NCBI GenBank assembly: GCA_003132085.1 | Contig: PKWO01000089.1 | Coordinates: forward strand, 16,941 to 52,913 | From: Oxalobacteraceae bacterium | GTDB lineage: Bacteria > Pseudomonadota > Gammaproteobacteria > Burkholderiales > Burkholderiaceae_D | Length of the DNA: 35,973 nt | Direction of reading: 5' to 3' | In this document: one piece after another, positions 7,654 through 16,695 of the stretch | Position numbering within the stretch: position 1 is the first letter of the stretch | Layout of the letters: the number at the start of each line of letters is the position of its first letter | Notes under the pieces: generated by a model | The model's input: only the letters and a program-made list of their open reading frames with translations | Told to the model about the DNA's origin: nothing | Databases searched by the model: none | Translations under genes and position numbers: made by a program

Positions 7654-9348
7654 ATGAACGGTGCGGACATCATTGCGATTATCATTCTGGCTGCAATTGT
7701 CATTGCAGTTATTGTTTACCTGTTGCACTGGCTTTATCGGCACTCATCGAAGGATCTTTCCTTTGTGCGTACCGGATTGGGCGGTGAAAAGGTAGTGATG
7801 GGGGGCGGCGCATTGGTGCTTCCCATCGTCCATGACCTGACGGAAGTCAGCATGAATACCCTGCGGATTGAAGTCCGAAGGGCTGCGGAGAAATCTCTGA
7901 TCACAAGAAACCGCATGCGGATCGAGGTAAGCGTTGAATTTTTTGTGCGGGTTATTCCTTCCGCAGAGGCAGTCGCTGCAGCGGCACGCACCTTGGGTAA
8001 TCGAACGCTGAACCCGGAAAGCCTTAGAGACCTGGTGCAGGGTCGGTTCGTAGATGCGATGGGCGCCGTGGCCGCCAAGATGACGATGGAAGAAATCCAC
8101 GAAAACCGGAGCGACTACATCAAGGGCGTCAAGGCGCAAGTTGCCGATGCGCTTACGGCGAATGGTCTTGAACTTGAGGCAGTCTCGCTCACTAGCCTGG
8201 ATCAAACGGATATGAAGCTATTCAATCCGTCGAATGCTTTCGACGCCGAAGGCCTGACTCGTCTGACCGAAGAAATCGAGACGCGCAAGAAGAAGCGTAA
8301 CGACATCGAGCAGGACACGATGATCGCTATTCGAAAGAAAAACCTGGAGTCCGAGAAACTCGCATTGATCATCGATAAGGAGAGCGAGTATGCACGCTTG
8401 GAGCAGGAAAGCGAGGTCGCGATGCGACGTGCTCAGCAGCGCACTGAAGTGGCACTTGAAAAGACCGATCGCGACCGGGACATTGAGGAAGCGCACATCC
8501 GTTCGAAAGAGCTAGTGGATAAGAGTCGCATTCTGCAGGAACGAGCGATTGATGCGGAGCGCATCTTGCGCGAGCAGGAGACCGAGAAGCTGGAAATTCA
8601 GCGCCGCAAGACGCTGGAGATGGAGGAGCAGGATCGGGTGATAGCAGTAGCGGTAAAGTCTAAGACACAGTCGGACGCTCAGGCAGCCGCCGAAACCGCT
8701 CGCGCGCTATTGGTCGAGGCACAGGAAAAAGTCATCACCGTGCGAGAAACGGAAATAGCCGAACGGCGGAAGCTCATCGAATTGATCGACGCAGCACAAC
8801 AGGCGGAGCGCGAGGCGATCAAGCTTACGACGAATGCCAGCGCCGAGAAGGCGGCGGCGGTCGATCGGGCGGAGGCCGACAATGCGGCAGCTAAGGCTGC
8901 GGAGTATCGCTACGAGGTGGATGCCGAAGGTCGACGCAAGCTGAACGAGGCCGAGAACATGCGGTCCGACGCGAGTCGCCGCAGTTCCTTTAACGCCAAG
9001 CTGATCGAAAATCTGCCTTTGATCATCCGCGAAAGCGTCAAGCCGATGGAAAATATCGAGTCTATAAAGATTCTCCAGGTTGATGGTCTCCCGGGGCTTA
9101 GCGGCATGCAGCATTCTGGCGGACAGGGTGGCGATCATGCCAACGACGGGGATCCTCGAACGGGTAGTCTTGCGGACAACGTGGTGAATTCCGCCTTGCG
9201 TTACCGAGCCCAGGTTCCCTTTGTCGATAACTTGTTGCAGGAAATCGGCATGTCGTCCAACGCCATCAGCAGCCTAGGAAGTCTGGGCGGCCTTGGAAAC
9301 ATCGGGTTGCCTGATGGCAGTCGTCCGAAGGACGATAAAAAGCACTAA
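7654..9348 (+). CDS. Flotillin-family SPFH/Band-7 protein (YqiK/FloT-like)
   Basis: It has an N-terminal membrane anchor (IIAIIILAAIVIAVIVYLL). The SPFH core reads FVRTGLGGEKVV...LPIVHDLTEVSMNTLRIEV...MTMEEIHENR. A long Glu/Ala/Arg-rich coiled-coil region follows. GGAGGG at 7641-7646 lies 7 nt before the ATG. Confidence 0.85.
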   Translation: MNGADIIAIIILAAIVIAVIVYLLHWLYRHSSKDLSFVRTGLGGEKVVMGGGALVLPIVHDLTEVSMNTLRIEVRRAAEKSLITRNRMRIEVSVEFFVRVIPSAEAVAAAARTLGNRTLNPESLRDLVQGRFVDAMGAVAAKMTMEEIHENRSDYIKGVKAQVADALTANGLELEAVSLTSLDQTDMKLFNPSNAFDAEGLTRLTEEIETRKKKRNDIEQDTMIAIRKKNLESEKLALIIDKESEYARLEQESEVAMRRAQQRTEVALEKTDRDRDIEEAHIRSKELVDKSRILQERAIDAERILREQETEKLEIQRRKTLEMEEQDRVIAVAVKSKTQSDAQAAAETARALLVEAQEKVITVRETEIAERRKLIELIDAAQQAEREAIKLTTNASAEKAAAVDRAEADNAAAKAAEYRYEVDAEGRRKLNEAENMRSDASRRSSFNAKLIENLPLIIRESVKPMENIESIKILQVDGLPGLSGMQHSGGQGGDHANDGDPRTGSLADNVVNSALRYRAQVPFVDNLLQEIGMSSNAISSLGSLGGLGNIGLPDGSRPKDDKKH

Positions 9349-9436
9349 ACAGGACAGGGACATGATGCGCAGGGCCGCAGCTCCGAACGTCACTCGCTGT
9401 TTTCCACTCAATCGTTTGTAGAAGGTTGCATTAAAA

Positions 9437-9847
9437 ATGGCCGTCATTGAAGAAACTGAGAAGAGACTAGCAGTCATCACGAACTGGGCGTTTTTCGGGT
9501 CGTTCGGGTCAAGCTTCATATTGTCTGGGTTTAGCGATGGCGATCTGGTGATGGGCCAAATTGGATTTGCGGTACTTGCACTGGGCTTTATCGCTCACGT
9601 CATCATCAACCGCATTTTCGATGCAGGCTTCAGCAAGGGCGAAGTTGCATTTGGGTTGATCGTCTTCGGTGTTTCAGTACTTAGCTTCGTTGGAAGCTGG
9701 CTATTTGATCCACACTTCGGCGGCGTGAATATCGTCATCGGTCTGGCCGGTTTTAGTGAGATCGTTGCATGCCTAATCGTCTATGTCGTTATCAAATTCG
9801 GGCTCAAAGGTTCCTTTACCATGATCCACCAGCTGCGTAACCATTAA
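9437..9847 (+). CDS. Small integral membrane protein (about 4 TM), unknown family; possible symporter accessory subunit
   Basis: The translation is hydrophobic, with four helix-length segments. The stop lies 12 nt before the TTG start of the symporter gene. I do not recognise it as DUF485/DUF4212 or NfeD. Confidence 0.5.
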   Translation: MAVIEETEKRLAVITNWAFFGSFGSSFILSGFSDGDLVMGQIGFAVLALGFIAHVIINRIFDAGFSKGEVAFGLIVFGVSVLSFVGSWLFDPHFGGVNIVIGLAGFSEIVACLIVYVVIKFGLKGSFTMIHQLRNH

Positions 9848-9859
9848 CCAGAGGCTGCC

Positions 9860-11878
9860 TTGACAACAAACGTGGTTTGGCTGTTCGTTTTTATCGCACT
9901 GTACTGGGTGTATTGCACGCATTGGGGCGTCACTAGCGCCCGGCTTGCGGGGTCGAATCCGAACGATTATTTTCTCGCGAGTCGGCAGATCCCTGCCTGG
10001 ATCTTTGCGTTGTCGGCAACCGTGATGTCATTTTCTGGATGGACTTTCCTGGGAAATCCCGCGCTGATTTTTCGGGACGGATTCCAGTTTGCGCAGCTTG
10101 CACTGTGTGCCATTACGATTCCCCTCACCGGGGTCATATTCCTGAAGCGGCAGTGGATGCTCGGAAAACGCTTTGGCTACGTGACGCCGGGTGAAATGTT
10201 TTCGGACTATTTCGGCGGCGATGGAATTCGGCTACTGGTTCTTCTGGTGGCTTTGGTCTTCTCGATCCCGTTCCTTGGGATGCAACTAGCAGCATCGGGT
10301 TATTTGATTCAAGTGCTGTCCGGCGGCGCCGTCCATTGGAGCGTCGCGATGTGGGTTCTCACGGCTGTCGTCTTTCTCTATGTATGCATTGGCGGAATGC
10401 GCGCGGTGGCCTACGTCGGTACGCTTCAATGTCTGTTCTTTGCCGCCGGAATCGTGGCAGTCGGATTGATCGCATATGGCGCGCTCGGTGGCTTTGGTGC
10501 GTTTATTGATGCGTTGGCTAAACTTGGTGCAACCGGTATCGGGCCGTGGGGCAGCACTGCGCAGGGATACAACGCCTATTTCGAAATTCCTGGGGTCATC
10601 CAGTTTACCGAGGGTTTGGGCAAGGAAGCCCCGGTCGGCGGCCTTTGGACGAGCTCGATGATTCTGACTTACAGCTTCGCTCTGATGGGAATTCAGGCAG
10701 CTCCGGCGTTCACGATGTGGGCTTTCAGCAGCCGCGACCCAAAAGGGTTCGCGCCTCAGCAGGTTTGGGTATCGGCCGCGGCAATTGGCGTCATCCTGGT
10801 ATTCTTTGCGGTGGCACAAGGTATGGGAGCGCATTTTTTGGGCGCATCGCCGGCCGTGACCGACGCCGGGCTTGCGGTCGCCAAGGTATTGCCTGACCTC
10901 GGTTCCGGCAAGCAGACAAATGTCGTCGCCTATTATATCAAGTCGATCGGCGACCATGCACCTTGGTTCATGGCACTGTTAGCAGTCTGTGCATTGGCTG
11001 CCATTCAAGCGATGGCATCAGCCTATGCATCAACTGCCGGCACGATGCTCGCGCGCGATCTCTACAAGCGTTTTCTTAACGCCGGCGCCGACGATCGAGC
11101 GCAAAAGTTCTTTGGACGGGTCGGCGTCGGCTTGATCTTTCTCGTGGCTCTGCTGATGGCCACTTACCTACCCACCGCACAAGTTGAACTCGGGGCATTG
11201 GCGCTGGCGTTCGGCTTTCAGTTGTGGCCGTCACTGGCGGCTATATGCTGGCTCCCCTGGATCACGCGGCAGGGAGCAACCCTGGGGCTGGCCGCAGGTC
11301 TTGTGGCAGTTGTGCTAACCGAGCAACTTGGGACGACTGTCACCGAATTTTTTGGCTTCCCGCTTCCATGGGGCCGCTGGCCCTGGACCATCCATTCTGC
11401 GGGTTGGGGCATTTTTTTCAATGTTGCGGTGTGCATCATCGTCTCACTGCTGACTCGGAACAAGGGCGACCGGCAGCATCGGATGAAGTATCACGGGTTC
11501 CTCGCGGAAACCGCTGCCTTGCCGGCGGAAAAGCAATTTCTGCGACCGGTTGCATGGACCATCACGCTGGCTTGGCTGTTCTTTGCTGTCGGCCCAGGTG
11601 CCGTTATCGGGAATGATTTTTTCGGACCACCCAATAAGGGCATCGCAGTTTGGAATCTGGGCGTACCTTCGATTTGGGCGTGGCAGATTTTGTTGTGGGT
11701 ATTGGGCGTCCTCGTGATCTGGTTGCTTGCTTACAAATTGGAGATGTCGACCGTACCGCGAGGCACGATCAGCGCACAGAATGCAGATAGAGGAACTCCA
11801 GAGATTGAGCCGGAAGCCAGGACTAAGTCATGGTTGGGGCAATCACGCGAACAGGGAACAGCGATGCAAACGTCATGA
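9860..11878 (+). CDS. Sodium:solute symporter (SSS) family transporter
   Basis: The protein is 672 aa and polytopic. The N-terminus (YFLASRQIPAWIFALSATVMSFSGWTFLGNPALIF) is typical of SSS proteins. AGAGG at 9850-9854 lies 5 nt before TTG 9860. Confidence 0.8.
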   Translation: MTTNVVWLFVFIALYWVYCTHWGVTSARLAGSNPNDYFLASRQIPAWIFALSATVMSFSGWTFLGNPALIFRDGFQFAQLALCAITIPLTGVIFLKRQWMLGKRFGYVTPGEMFSDYFGGDGIRLLVLLVALVFSIPFLGMQLAASGYLIQVLSGGAVHWSVAMWVLTAVVFLYVCIGGMRAVAYVGTLQCLFFAAGIVAVGLIAYGALGGFGAFIDALAKLGATGIGPWGSTAQGYNAYFEIPGVIQFTEGLGKEAPVGGLWTSSMILTYSFALMGIQAAPAFTMWAFSSRDPKGFAPQQVWVSAAAIGVILVFFAVAQGMGAHFLGASPAVTDAGLAVAKVLPDLGSGKQTNVVAYYIKSIGDHAPWFMALLAVCALAAIQAMASAYASTAGTMLARDLYKRFLNAGADDRAQKFFGRVGVGLIFLVALLMATYLPTAQVELGALALAFGFQLWPSLAAICWLPWITRQGATLGLAAGLVAVVLTEQLGTTVTEFFGFPLPWGRWPWTIHSAGWGIFFNVAVCIIVSLLTRNKGDRQHRMKYHGFLAETAALPAEKQFLRPVAWTITLAWLFFAVGPGAVIGNDFFGPPNKGIAVWNLGVPSIWAWQILLWVLGVLVIWLLAYKLEMSTVPRGTISAQNADRGTPEIEPEARTKSWLGQSREQGTAMQTS

Positions 11879-12034
11879 ATCCGAGATGAAGAGAAGAACG
11901 GACGTGGGAGCACCACTGTATCTGTCAAGCGACAGAGTATGCGCATGTAATGTTTTCAAGCGATGTAAGGTACACCAAACAAGGTTCGCTCGGTGTGAAA
12001 CGCACATTCAGTACAACAAAGACAAGGAGCAGTA

Positions 12035-12424
12035 ATGGCTATAGACATTAAAAGCTGGGCAAACAAGTTCAAGTCCATGTCCGACAATGATCAGACTATT
12101 GCGGCGATGGCCAAGTATTACACTTGTACGTTCATGTGGGACATGGGCGACAAGAAGGTGATCATCGAGATGCACGACGGCAAGGTGAAAAATATCAACA
12201 TCGATCCCGCTCCTCTTGACGCCTACGATTTCGCACTTCGTGCCGGCGCACAGACGTGGCGGGAGTTTGGACAACCCATTCCAAAGCCAATGTTCCATGG
12301 CATCTGGGCGGCAAGTTTTCGCGAAGATCTAAAGCTCGAGGGGAACATCCTGGTAATGATGCAAAATCTTAGAAACTTCACCGTACAGTTTGAACTGCTG
12401 CGTAAATGCGGCGTACCGGTCTAA
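12035..12424 (+). CDS. SCP2 sterol-carrier-like small protein
   Basis: The 129-aa pattern (...FALRAGAQTWREF...LKLEGNILVMMQNLRNF...) resembles the SCP2 lipid-binding fold. AAGGAG lies just upstream of the ATG. Confidence 0.45.
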   Translation: MAIDIKSWANKFKSMSDNDQTIAAMAKYYTCTFMWDMGDKKVIIEMHDGKVKNINIDPAPLDAYDFALRAGAQTWREFGQPIPKPMFHGIWAASFREDLKLEGNILVMMQNLRNFTVQFELLRKCGVPV

Positions 12425-12478
12425 AGTATTTTAAATTAGTTATGTGCGTGCACTCTATCAAAAAAAGGGATTGAAATC

Positions 12479-13330
12479 ATGGTTCGTCATTCGCCCGTAA
12501 CAGGCCGCTACGTCACCATCGATGTCGATGGTATGGAATATAAAGTTTTCTATCTGCAAAACGGGAAGGGAGTTCCGCTGGTTTGCCAACACACGGCTGG
12601 TTGCCATAATCATCAATGGCGCGGACTACTCGAAGATGAGGAAATTACAAAGAACTATAACGTCATTGCTTATGACCTCCCGCGCCATGGTAAGTCAGAC
12701 CCACCACATAACAGCGAATGGTGGAAAACAGAGTACAAGCTCACTGCAGACCACTTTGTGAATTTCATCGTGAAATTTTGTGACGCGCTTGAGCTGCGCG
12801 ACCCCATTTTCATGGGCTCATCTTTTGGCGGTAATGTTGCCCTGCAATTGGCATTGCGTCGTCCAGATCGCTTCAAGGCCGTTATCCCGGTTGAGGCCGG
12901 TGATTACGCGCCCGGATTTTATCTGGACTGGTGGCGGCATCCACATGCAAACGCGGCGCAAGTTTGCGCCAGCGGTGTGTGGGATTTGATGGCCCCGCAA
13001 TCCCCCGATATGGACCGATGGCTGACTTGGCACTACTACACGCAAGGGGCGGAGGCATTCAAGGGTGACCTTTACTTCTATTCGGTAGATCATGATCTTC
13101 GAGAAGAACTTGAAAATATCGACGGTAGGCGGTGCCCGGTGGTCATGATGACGGGGACCTATGACTATTTAACGCCGCCGGAGGTGACCGAAAATACCGC
13201 TCGACGCATCAAGGGAGGCGTCTACATCGAAATGACCGACATTGGACACTTTCCGATGAGCGAAAACTACCCCGTCTTTAAGGTTTACTTGAAAGAGGCG
13301 CTGAGAATTATCCGGGAGCGGAAGGGTTGA
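12479..13330 (+). CDS. Alpha/beta-fold hydrolase (esterase or enol-lactonase-like)
   Basis: The nucleophile elbow is GSSFGG. An HG-type oxyanion region (QHTAGC) is present. The C-terminal part carries an Asp (TGTYDYL) and a His (IGHFP), consistent with a Ser-Asp-His triad. Confidence 0.75.
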   Translation: MVRHSPVTGRYVTIDVDGMEYKVFYLQNGKGVPLVCQHTAGCHNHQWRGLLEDEEITKNYNVIAYDLPRHGKSDPPHNSEWWKTEYKLTADHFVNFIVKFCDALELRDPIFMGSSFGGNVALQLALRRPDRFKAVIPVEAGDYAPGFYLDWWRHPHANAAQVCASGVWDLMAPQSPDMDRWLTWHYYTQGAEAFKGDLYFYSVDHDLREELENIDGRRCPVVMMTGTYDYLTPPEVTENTARRIKGGVYIEMTDIGHFPMSENYPVFKVYLKEALRIIRERKG

Positions 13331-13448
13331 TCGCAATCTGTATGTTGATTAATGACAGGTCTCTTCGCAACCCATCTTGCCGATTCGCGCGTGATGCGGC
13401 AAAAGTAATGACCTGATTGGTAAATCGTTTAAAGATGAGAATTTTCGT

Positions 13449-14000
13449 ATGAAATTGGACATTACCGATGCGTCACCATTTGTAAGCAAGATGGTTCATC
13501 TACACGAATGCGCTGTGTTTGATTCGCCAGAGCCAGCATTGGACCCGATGATAGATATTCAGACGAATCGGGACGAGATGATTCTTTACGCGCTTCAGTT
13601 GCGCCCTTGCTACCATCGTATCGGTCGCATTATCGGCCAACTGGGCGGGCTTTTCATTCTTGCCCAGGCAAGTGGTCGGTTTGAGGTCGATTTTGGGGCA
13701 GTAGCGGTGGTAGTTGAGCAGGTAGAGCAAACCGTTGCCGCAATCCACGCAGTCAAGGTTCCAAAGCAAACTGAGCGACACCATGAACGCCTGGTGAAGG
13801 CGCTTGGCTTGGTGGCGTCTGTTACCGCGGAATTTGGCGATTCGATGCGGACGCCGGAGCGCATACGCGAACGCTTAGGTTTATGGACGAAACGTCTGAA
13901 GAACGCGAATGCGATGGTAAGTGGTGCTGCAGTCGACCGGCTCGGTCTAATGCCGGTTGATTTTAGTCATGCATGTTGTAACTGCGGTGTAGGCGATTAA
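13449..14000 (+). CDS. Hypothetical protein with a C-terminal Cys cluster (HACCNCG)
   Basis: The ORF is 183 aa, co-directional with its neighbours and sits between the two hydrolase genes. I recognise no family. Confidence 0.4.
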   Translation: MKLDITDASPFVSKMVHLHECAVFDSPEPALDPMIDIQTNRDEMILYALQLRPCYHRIGRIIGQLGGLFILAQASGRFEVDFGAVAVVVEQVEQTVAAIHAVKVPKQTERHHERLVKALGLVASVTAEFGDSMRTPERIRERLGLWTKRLKNANAMVSGAAVDRLGLMPVDFSHACCNCGVGD

Positions 14001-14064
14001 GAAATAACTCACAAGATTTGACTGCGTTGCCGACGTAAATTTAACTTATAACAGGATATTGAAA

Positions 14065-14952
14065 ATGGCTGAATATTCAATCTGGGTAATGGAATACTCA
14101 TATGTTGTTAATTGTGCCGTCAGCAGCGTAATTTACGGTGCACACAATCAAGGTATTCGTAAGTTACCCTACTGCTATGCGCTGATTAAAAGCGATGATC
14201 ATATTGCGATGGTTGACGTCGGTTTCAACCAAAAGGAATACGGCGCTTATCTGGGCGAAAAATTCGGCGTCGAAAACTGGCATTCGCCAAAAGAAGTATT
14301 AGCGCAAGCGGGCATTAGACCGGGCGATGTCGATTCGATATTTATTACGCATGCCCATTTCGACCACATGGGAAACATAGGCGATTTCCCTAACGCGACT
14401 TTTTATATTCAGGAGCGTGAGCTGTCGAAATGGATCTGGGCGATGTCTTTGCCGGATCGGATGCGCTACATGATGGTGGCAACCGATCCCTCTGACGTAC
14501 TCCGCGCAGTCGATTTGGCGCGGCAAGGCCGCCTGGTGTGTGTTCCAGGCGATATGGAAAATGTAATTCCGGGAATTGATTTGCATGCGGCGTACGATAC
14601 GCATACCTATGGGTGCCAATGGGTACACATCCGCAATGACATGAAGCCAAAATCTCAAGATAGCTGGGTGATGGCAGGGGATCTAATTTACGTTTATGAA
14701 AATCTGCAAAGCGATGGGGATCTCGTTGGTGTGGAGAAGATGTATACGCCGGTAGGCTTGGCGCTGGGTAGCATTACTAACCTGGTCATGACTACCGAAG
14801 AAATCATGAAGGCGGTCGGTTATGAAGTCAAGCGTGTGATTCCCGTGCATGAAGAGCGACTTAAGGACACGTTTCCTTCCAGGATAACCAAGGATGGACT
14901 TCGAATTAGTGAGATATGTCTTGCCAGCGGCCATAAATCCCTTGTGTACTAA
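14065..14952 (+). CDS. Metallo-beta-lactamase-fold hydrolase (N-acyl-homoserine-lactonase-like)
   Basis: The zinc motif is ITHAHFDHMGN (HxHxDH). AGGA at 14053-14056 lies 8 nt before ATG 14065. The ORF track starts two codons earlier, at TTG 14059. Confidence 0.75.
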   Translation: MAEYSIWVMEYSYVVNCAVSSVIYGAHNQGIRKLPYCYALIKSDDHIAMVDVGFNQKEYGAYLGEKFGVENWHSPKEVLAQAGIRPGDVDSIFITHAHFDHMGNIGDFPNATFYIQERELSKWIWAMSLPDRMRYMMVATDPSDVLRAVDLARQGRLVCVPGDMENVIPGIDLHAAYDTHTYGCQWVHIRNDMKPKSQDSWVMAGDLIYVYENLQSDGDLVGVEKMYTPVGLALGSITNLVMTTEEIMKAVGYEVKRVIPVHEERLKDTFPSRITKDGLRISEICLASGHKSLVY

Positions 14953-15144
14953 CCATTGAACCTTTGAATGGAATATGTGGCTGGCAGTCGGTAGGGAAAT
15001 TTTGAATTTTACGAGCAGACTGATGAGAAAGAATAGGCTTGATTGGGGTGCCGTCGCGATGAAGGAAATCATCGAGGGTACTGTGCAGTCGATTGTCTGC
15101 CTATAGAGAGTTTTGCTTCGGGCAATACTGGTTGGAGGAAAATC

Positions 15145-15357
15145 ATGGATGACGTGAAGCACCCGACAAAAGAGCAGGTTCGTCTTTATATGGAACAGCG
15201 CCAAGCTGAGCGAGAAGTACCGCCTCCAATTGAAGAGTTCCGTCGTCGGTTGAAGTGGAATTTTGAATCTACTCGGGCCACCGCTGCTTATCTGAATATG
15301 GCATGCCGAAATGGTTTGTCAGGTCGCGAGTCAACACTAACTTCCGGCAGCCGTTAA
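15145..15357 (+). CDS. Small hypothetical protein (70 aa)
   Basis: GGAGG at 15134-15138 lies 6 nt before ATG 15145. Translation starts MDDVKHPTKEQVRLYMEQRQAEREVPPPIEEFRRRL. I recognise no family, and it may not be expressed. Confidence 0.3.
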   Translation: MDDVKHPTKEQVRLYMEQRQAEREVPPPIEEFRRRLKWNFESTRATAAYLNMACRNGLSGRESTLTSGSR

Positions 15358-15441
15358 GCAGCACCTACATTAGCTTTCCCGAAAAAATGACACGATTTAG
15401 CTGAACACGATTGAAACGGCCTAACAAAAAAGGAACTCTCG

Positions 15442-16596
15442 ATGTCTCAATTTACGTTTGAAACTTCACCCAAGATCATTTGCGAGCAAGGCGGCGCTCG
15501 ACGGCTGGGCGAAATTGCCCGGGGGCTAGGTGCCAGCCGCGTCTTCATCGTCACCGACCACGGCCTGGTGCAGGCAGGCGTCATCAACGGCGCACTGGCA
15601 GCGCTGGCGGAATCCGGTGTTGAGGTCACGTTGTTTTCCGACGTCTTGGCCGATCCACCGGTGGCGAGTGTGCTGGCGGCAGTGGCCGCGGCGCGTGCGG
15701 CCGGAGTGGATGCGGTGGTGGGCTTGGGAGGCGGTAGCTCGATGGATACAGCCAAATTGGTGGCGTTGCTGGCGCGTACGCCGCAGCCGTTGGACGATAT
15801 CTATGGCATCGGTTTGGCACGGGGCGCCCGGTTGCCGTTGATCCAGGTGCCGACCACCGCAGGAACCGGTTCCGAAGTCACGCCAATCTCGATTCTTACT
15901 ACTCTGACCCACGAGAAAAAAGGCGTCGTCTCGCCCTTGCTTTACCCTGACGTAGCGCTGCTCGATGCCGAGCTTACCCTCGGGTTGCCGCCGGCGATTA
16001 CCGCCATGACAGGGGTGGATGCGATGGTCCATGCGATTGAATCATTCACCAGCCGTGTGAAGAAAAATCCGCTTTCAGATGCGCTGGCGATCAAGGCACT
16101 GAAACTGCTCTACGCAAACCTGTCTGTGGCCGTCACCGACGGCGGCGACCCCAACGTACGGGAGAACATGCTGCTCGGTTCGCTGTTCGCAGGAATGGCT
16201 TTCGCCAATGCGCCGGTGGCTGCCGTGCATGCGCTCGCGTATCCGCTCGGTGGGCACTACCATTTGCCGCACGGCCTATCGAACTCGTTGGTATTGGGAC
16301 CGGTGCTCGAGTTCAACCGCACGGCGGCAAGCGCGTTGTATGCTGAACTCGGGCGCGCCATTCTACCCGAGCAGTACTCAGCCGGCGATGACGCGGTTGC
16401 CACCGCTTTCATTGCTGCGATACGCAAGCTGGTGGCGGCGATGCCCTACCCGCAAAGGTTGCGCGACGCTGGCGTAACAGAGGCCGATTTGCCCCAACTT
16501 GCACGCGACGTCATGAACATCCAACGCTTGCTGGTGAACAATCCGCGCGATGTTGCTTACGAGGACGCGCTGGCAATTTATCAGGCTGCCTACTGA
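15442..16596 (+). CDS. Iron-containing (group III) alcohol dehydrogenase; possible 4-hydroxybutyrate dehydrogenase
   Basis: The GGGSSMDTAK motif and the conserved His cluster (VHAIESF...HALAYPLGGHYHLPHG) are present. It lies immediately upstream of the succinate-semialdehyde dehydrogenase gene. Confidence 0.8.
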   Translation: MSQFTFETSPKIICEQGGARRLGEIARGLGASRVFIVTDHGLVQAGVINGALAALAESGVEVTLFSDVLADPPVASVLAAVAAARAAGVDAVVGLGGGSSMDTAKLVALLARTPQPLDDIYGIGLARGARLPLIQVPTTAGTGSEVTPISILTTLTHEKKGVVSPLLYPDVALLDAELTLGLPPAITAMTGVDAMVHAIESFTSRVKKNPLSDALAIKALKLLYANLSVAVTDGGDPNVRENMLLGSLFAGMAFANAPVAAVHALAYPLGGHYHLPHGLSNSLVLGPVLEFNRTAASALYAELGRAILPEQYSAGDDAVATAFIAAIRKLVAAMPYPQRLRDAGVTEADLPQLARDVMNIQRLLVNNPRDVAYEDALAIYQAAY

Positions 16597-16695
16597 AGAG
16601 TGCGCCCGACAAAAAAAACGTTACCGATTCTCGACCGGCTGTACGACCGCGATAGAGCCGCAGCCAAAATATAAACCTTTACTTGGAATAATTAC

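Noticed and set aside
9941-9965. tRNA T-arm-like string GGGGTCGAATCCGAAC
   Set aside because: It lies inside the symporter coding frame. No acceptor stem or anticodon arm can be built from the flanks. This is a chance resemblance.
6634-11878. Search for retinal or carotenoid biosynthesis genes (blh, crtE/B/I/Y) or a transducer gene next to the opsin
   Set aside because: None of the neighbouring ORFs resembles these families. This absence is reported only as context for the lysine-less opsin, and says nothing about the rest of the genome.
14683-15204. 173-aa minus-strand ORF overlapping the 3' end of the MBL hydrolase gene
   Set aside because: It overlaps a well-supported gene in antisense, has an AT-rich-codon translation without motifs and runs opposite to 18 kb of uniformly + strand genes.
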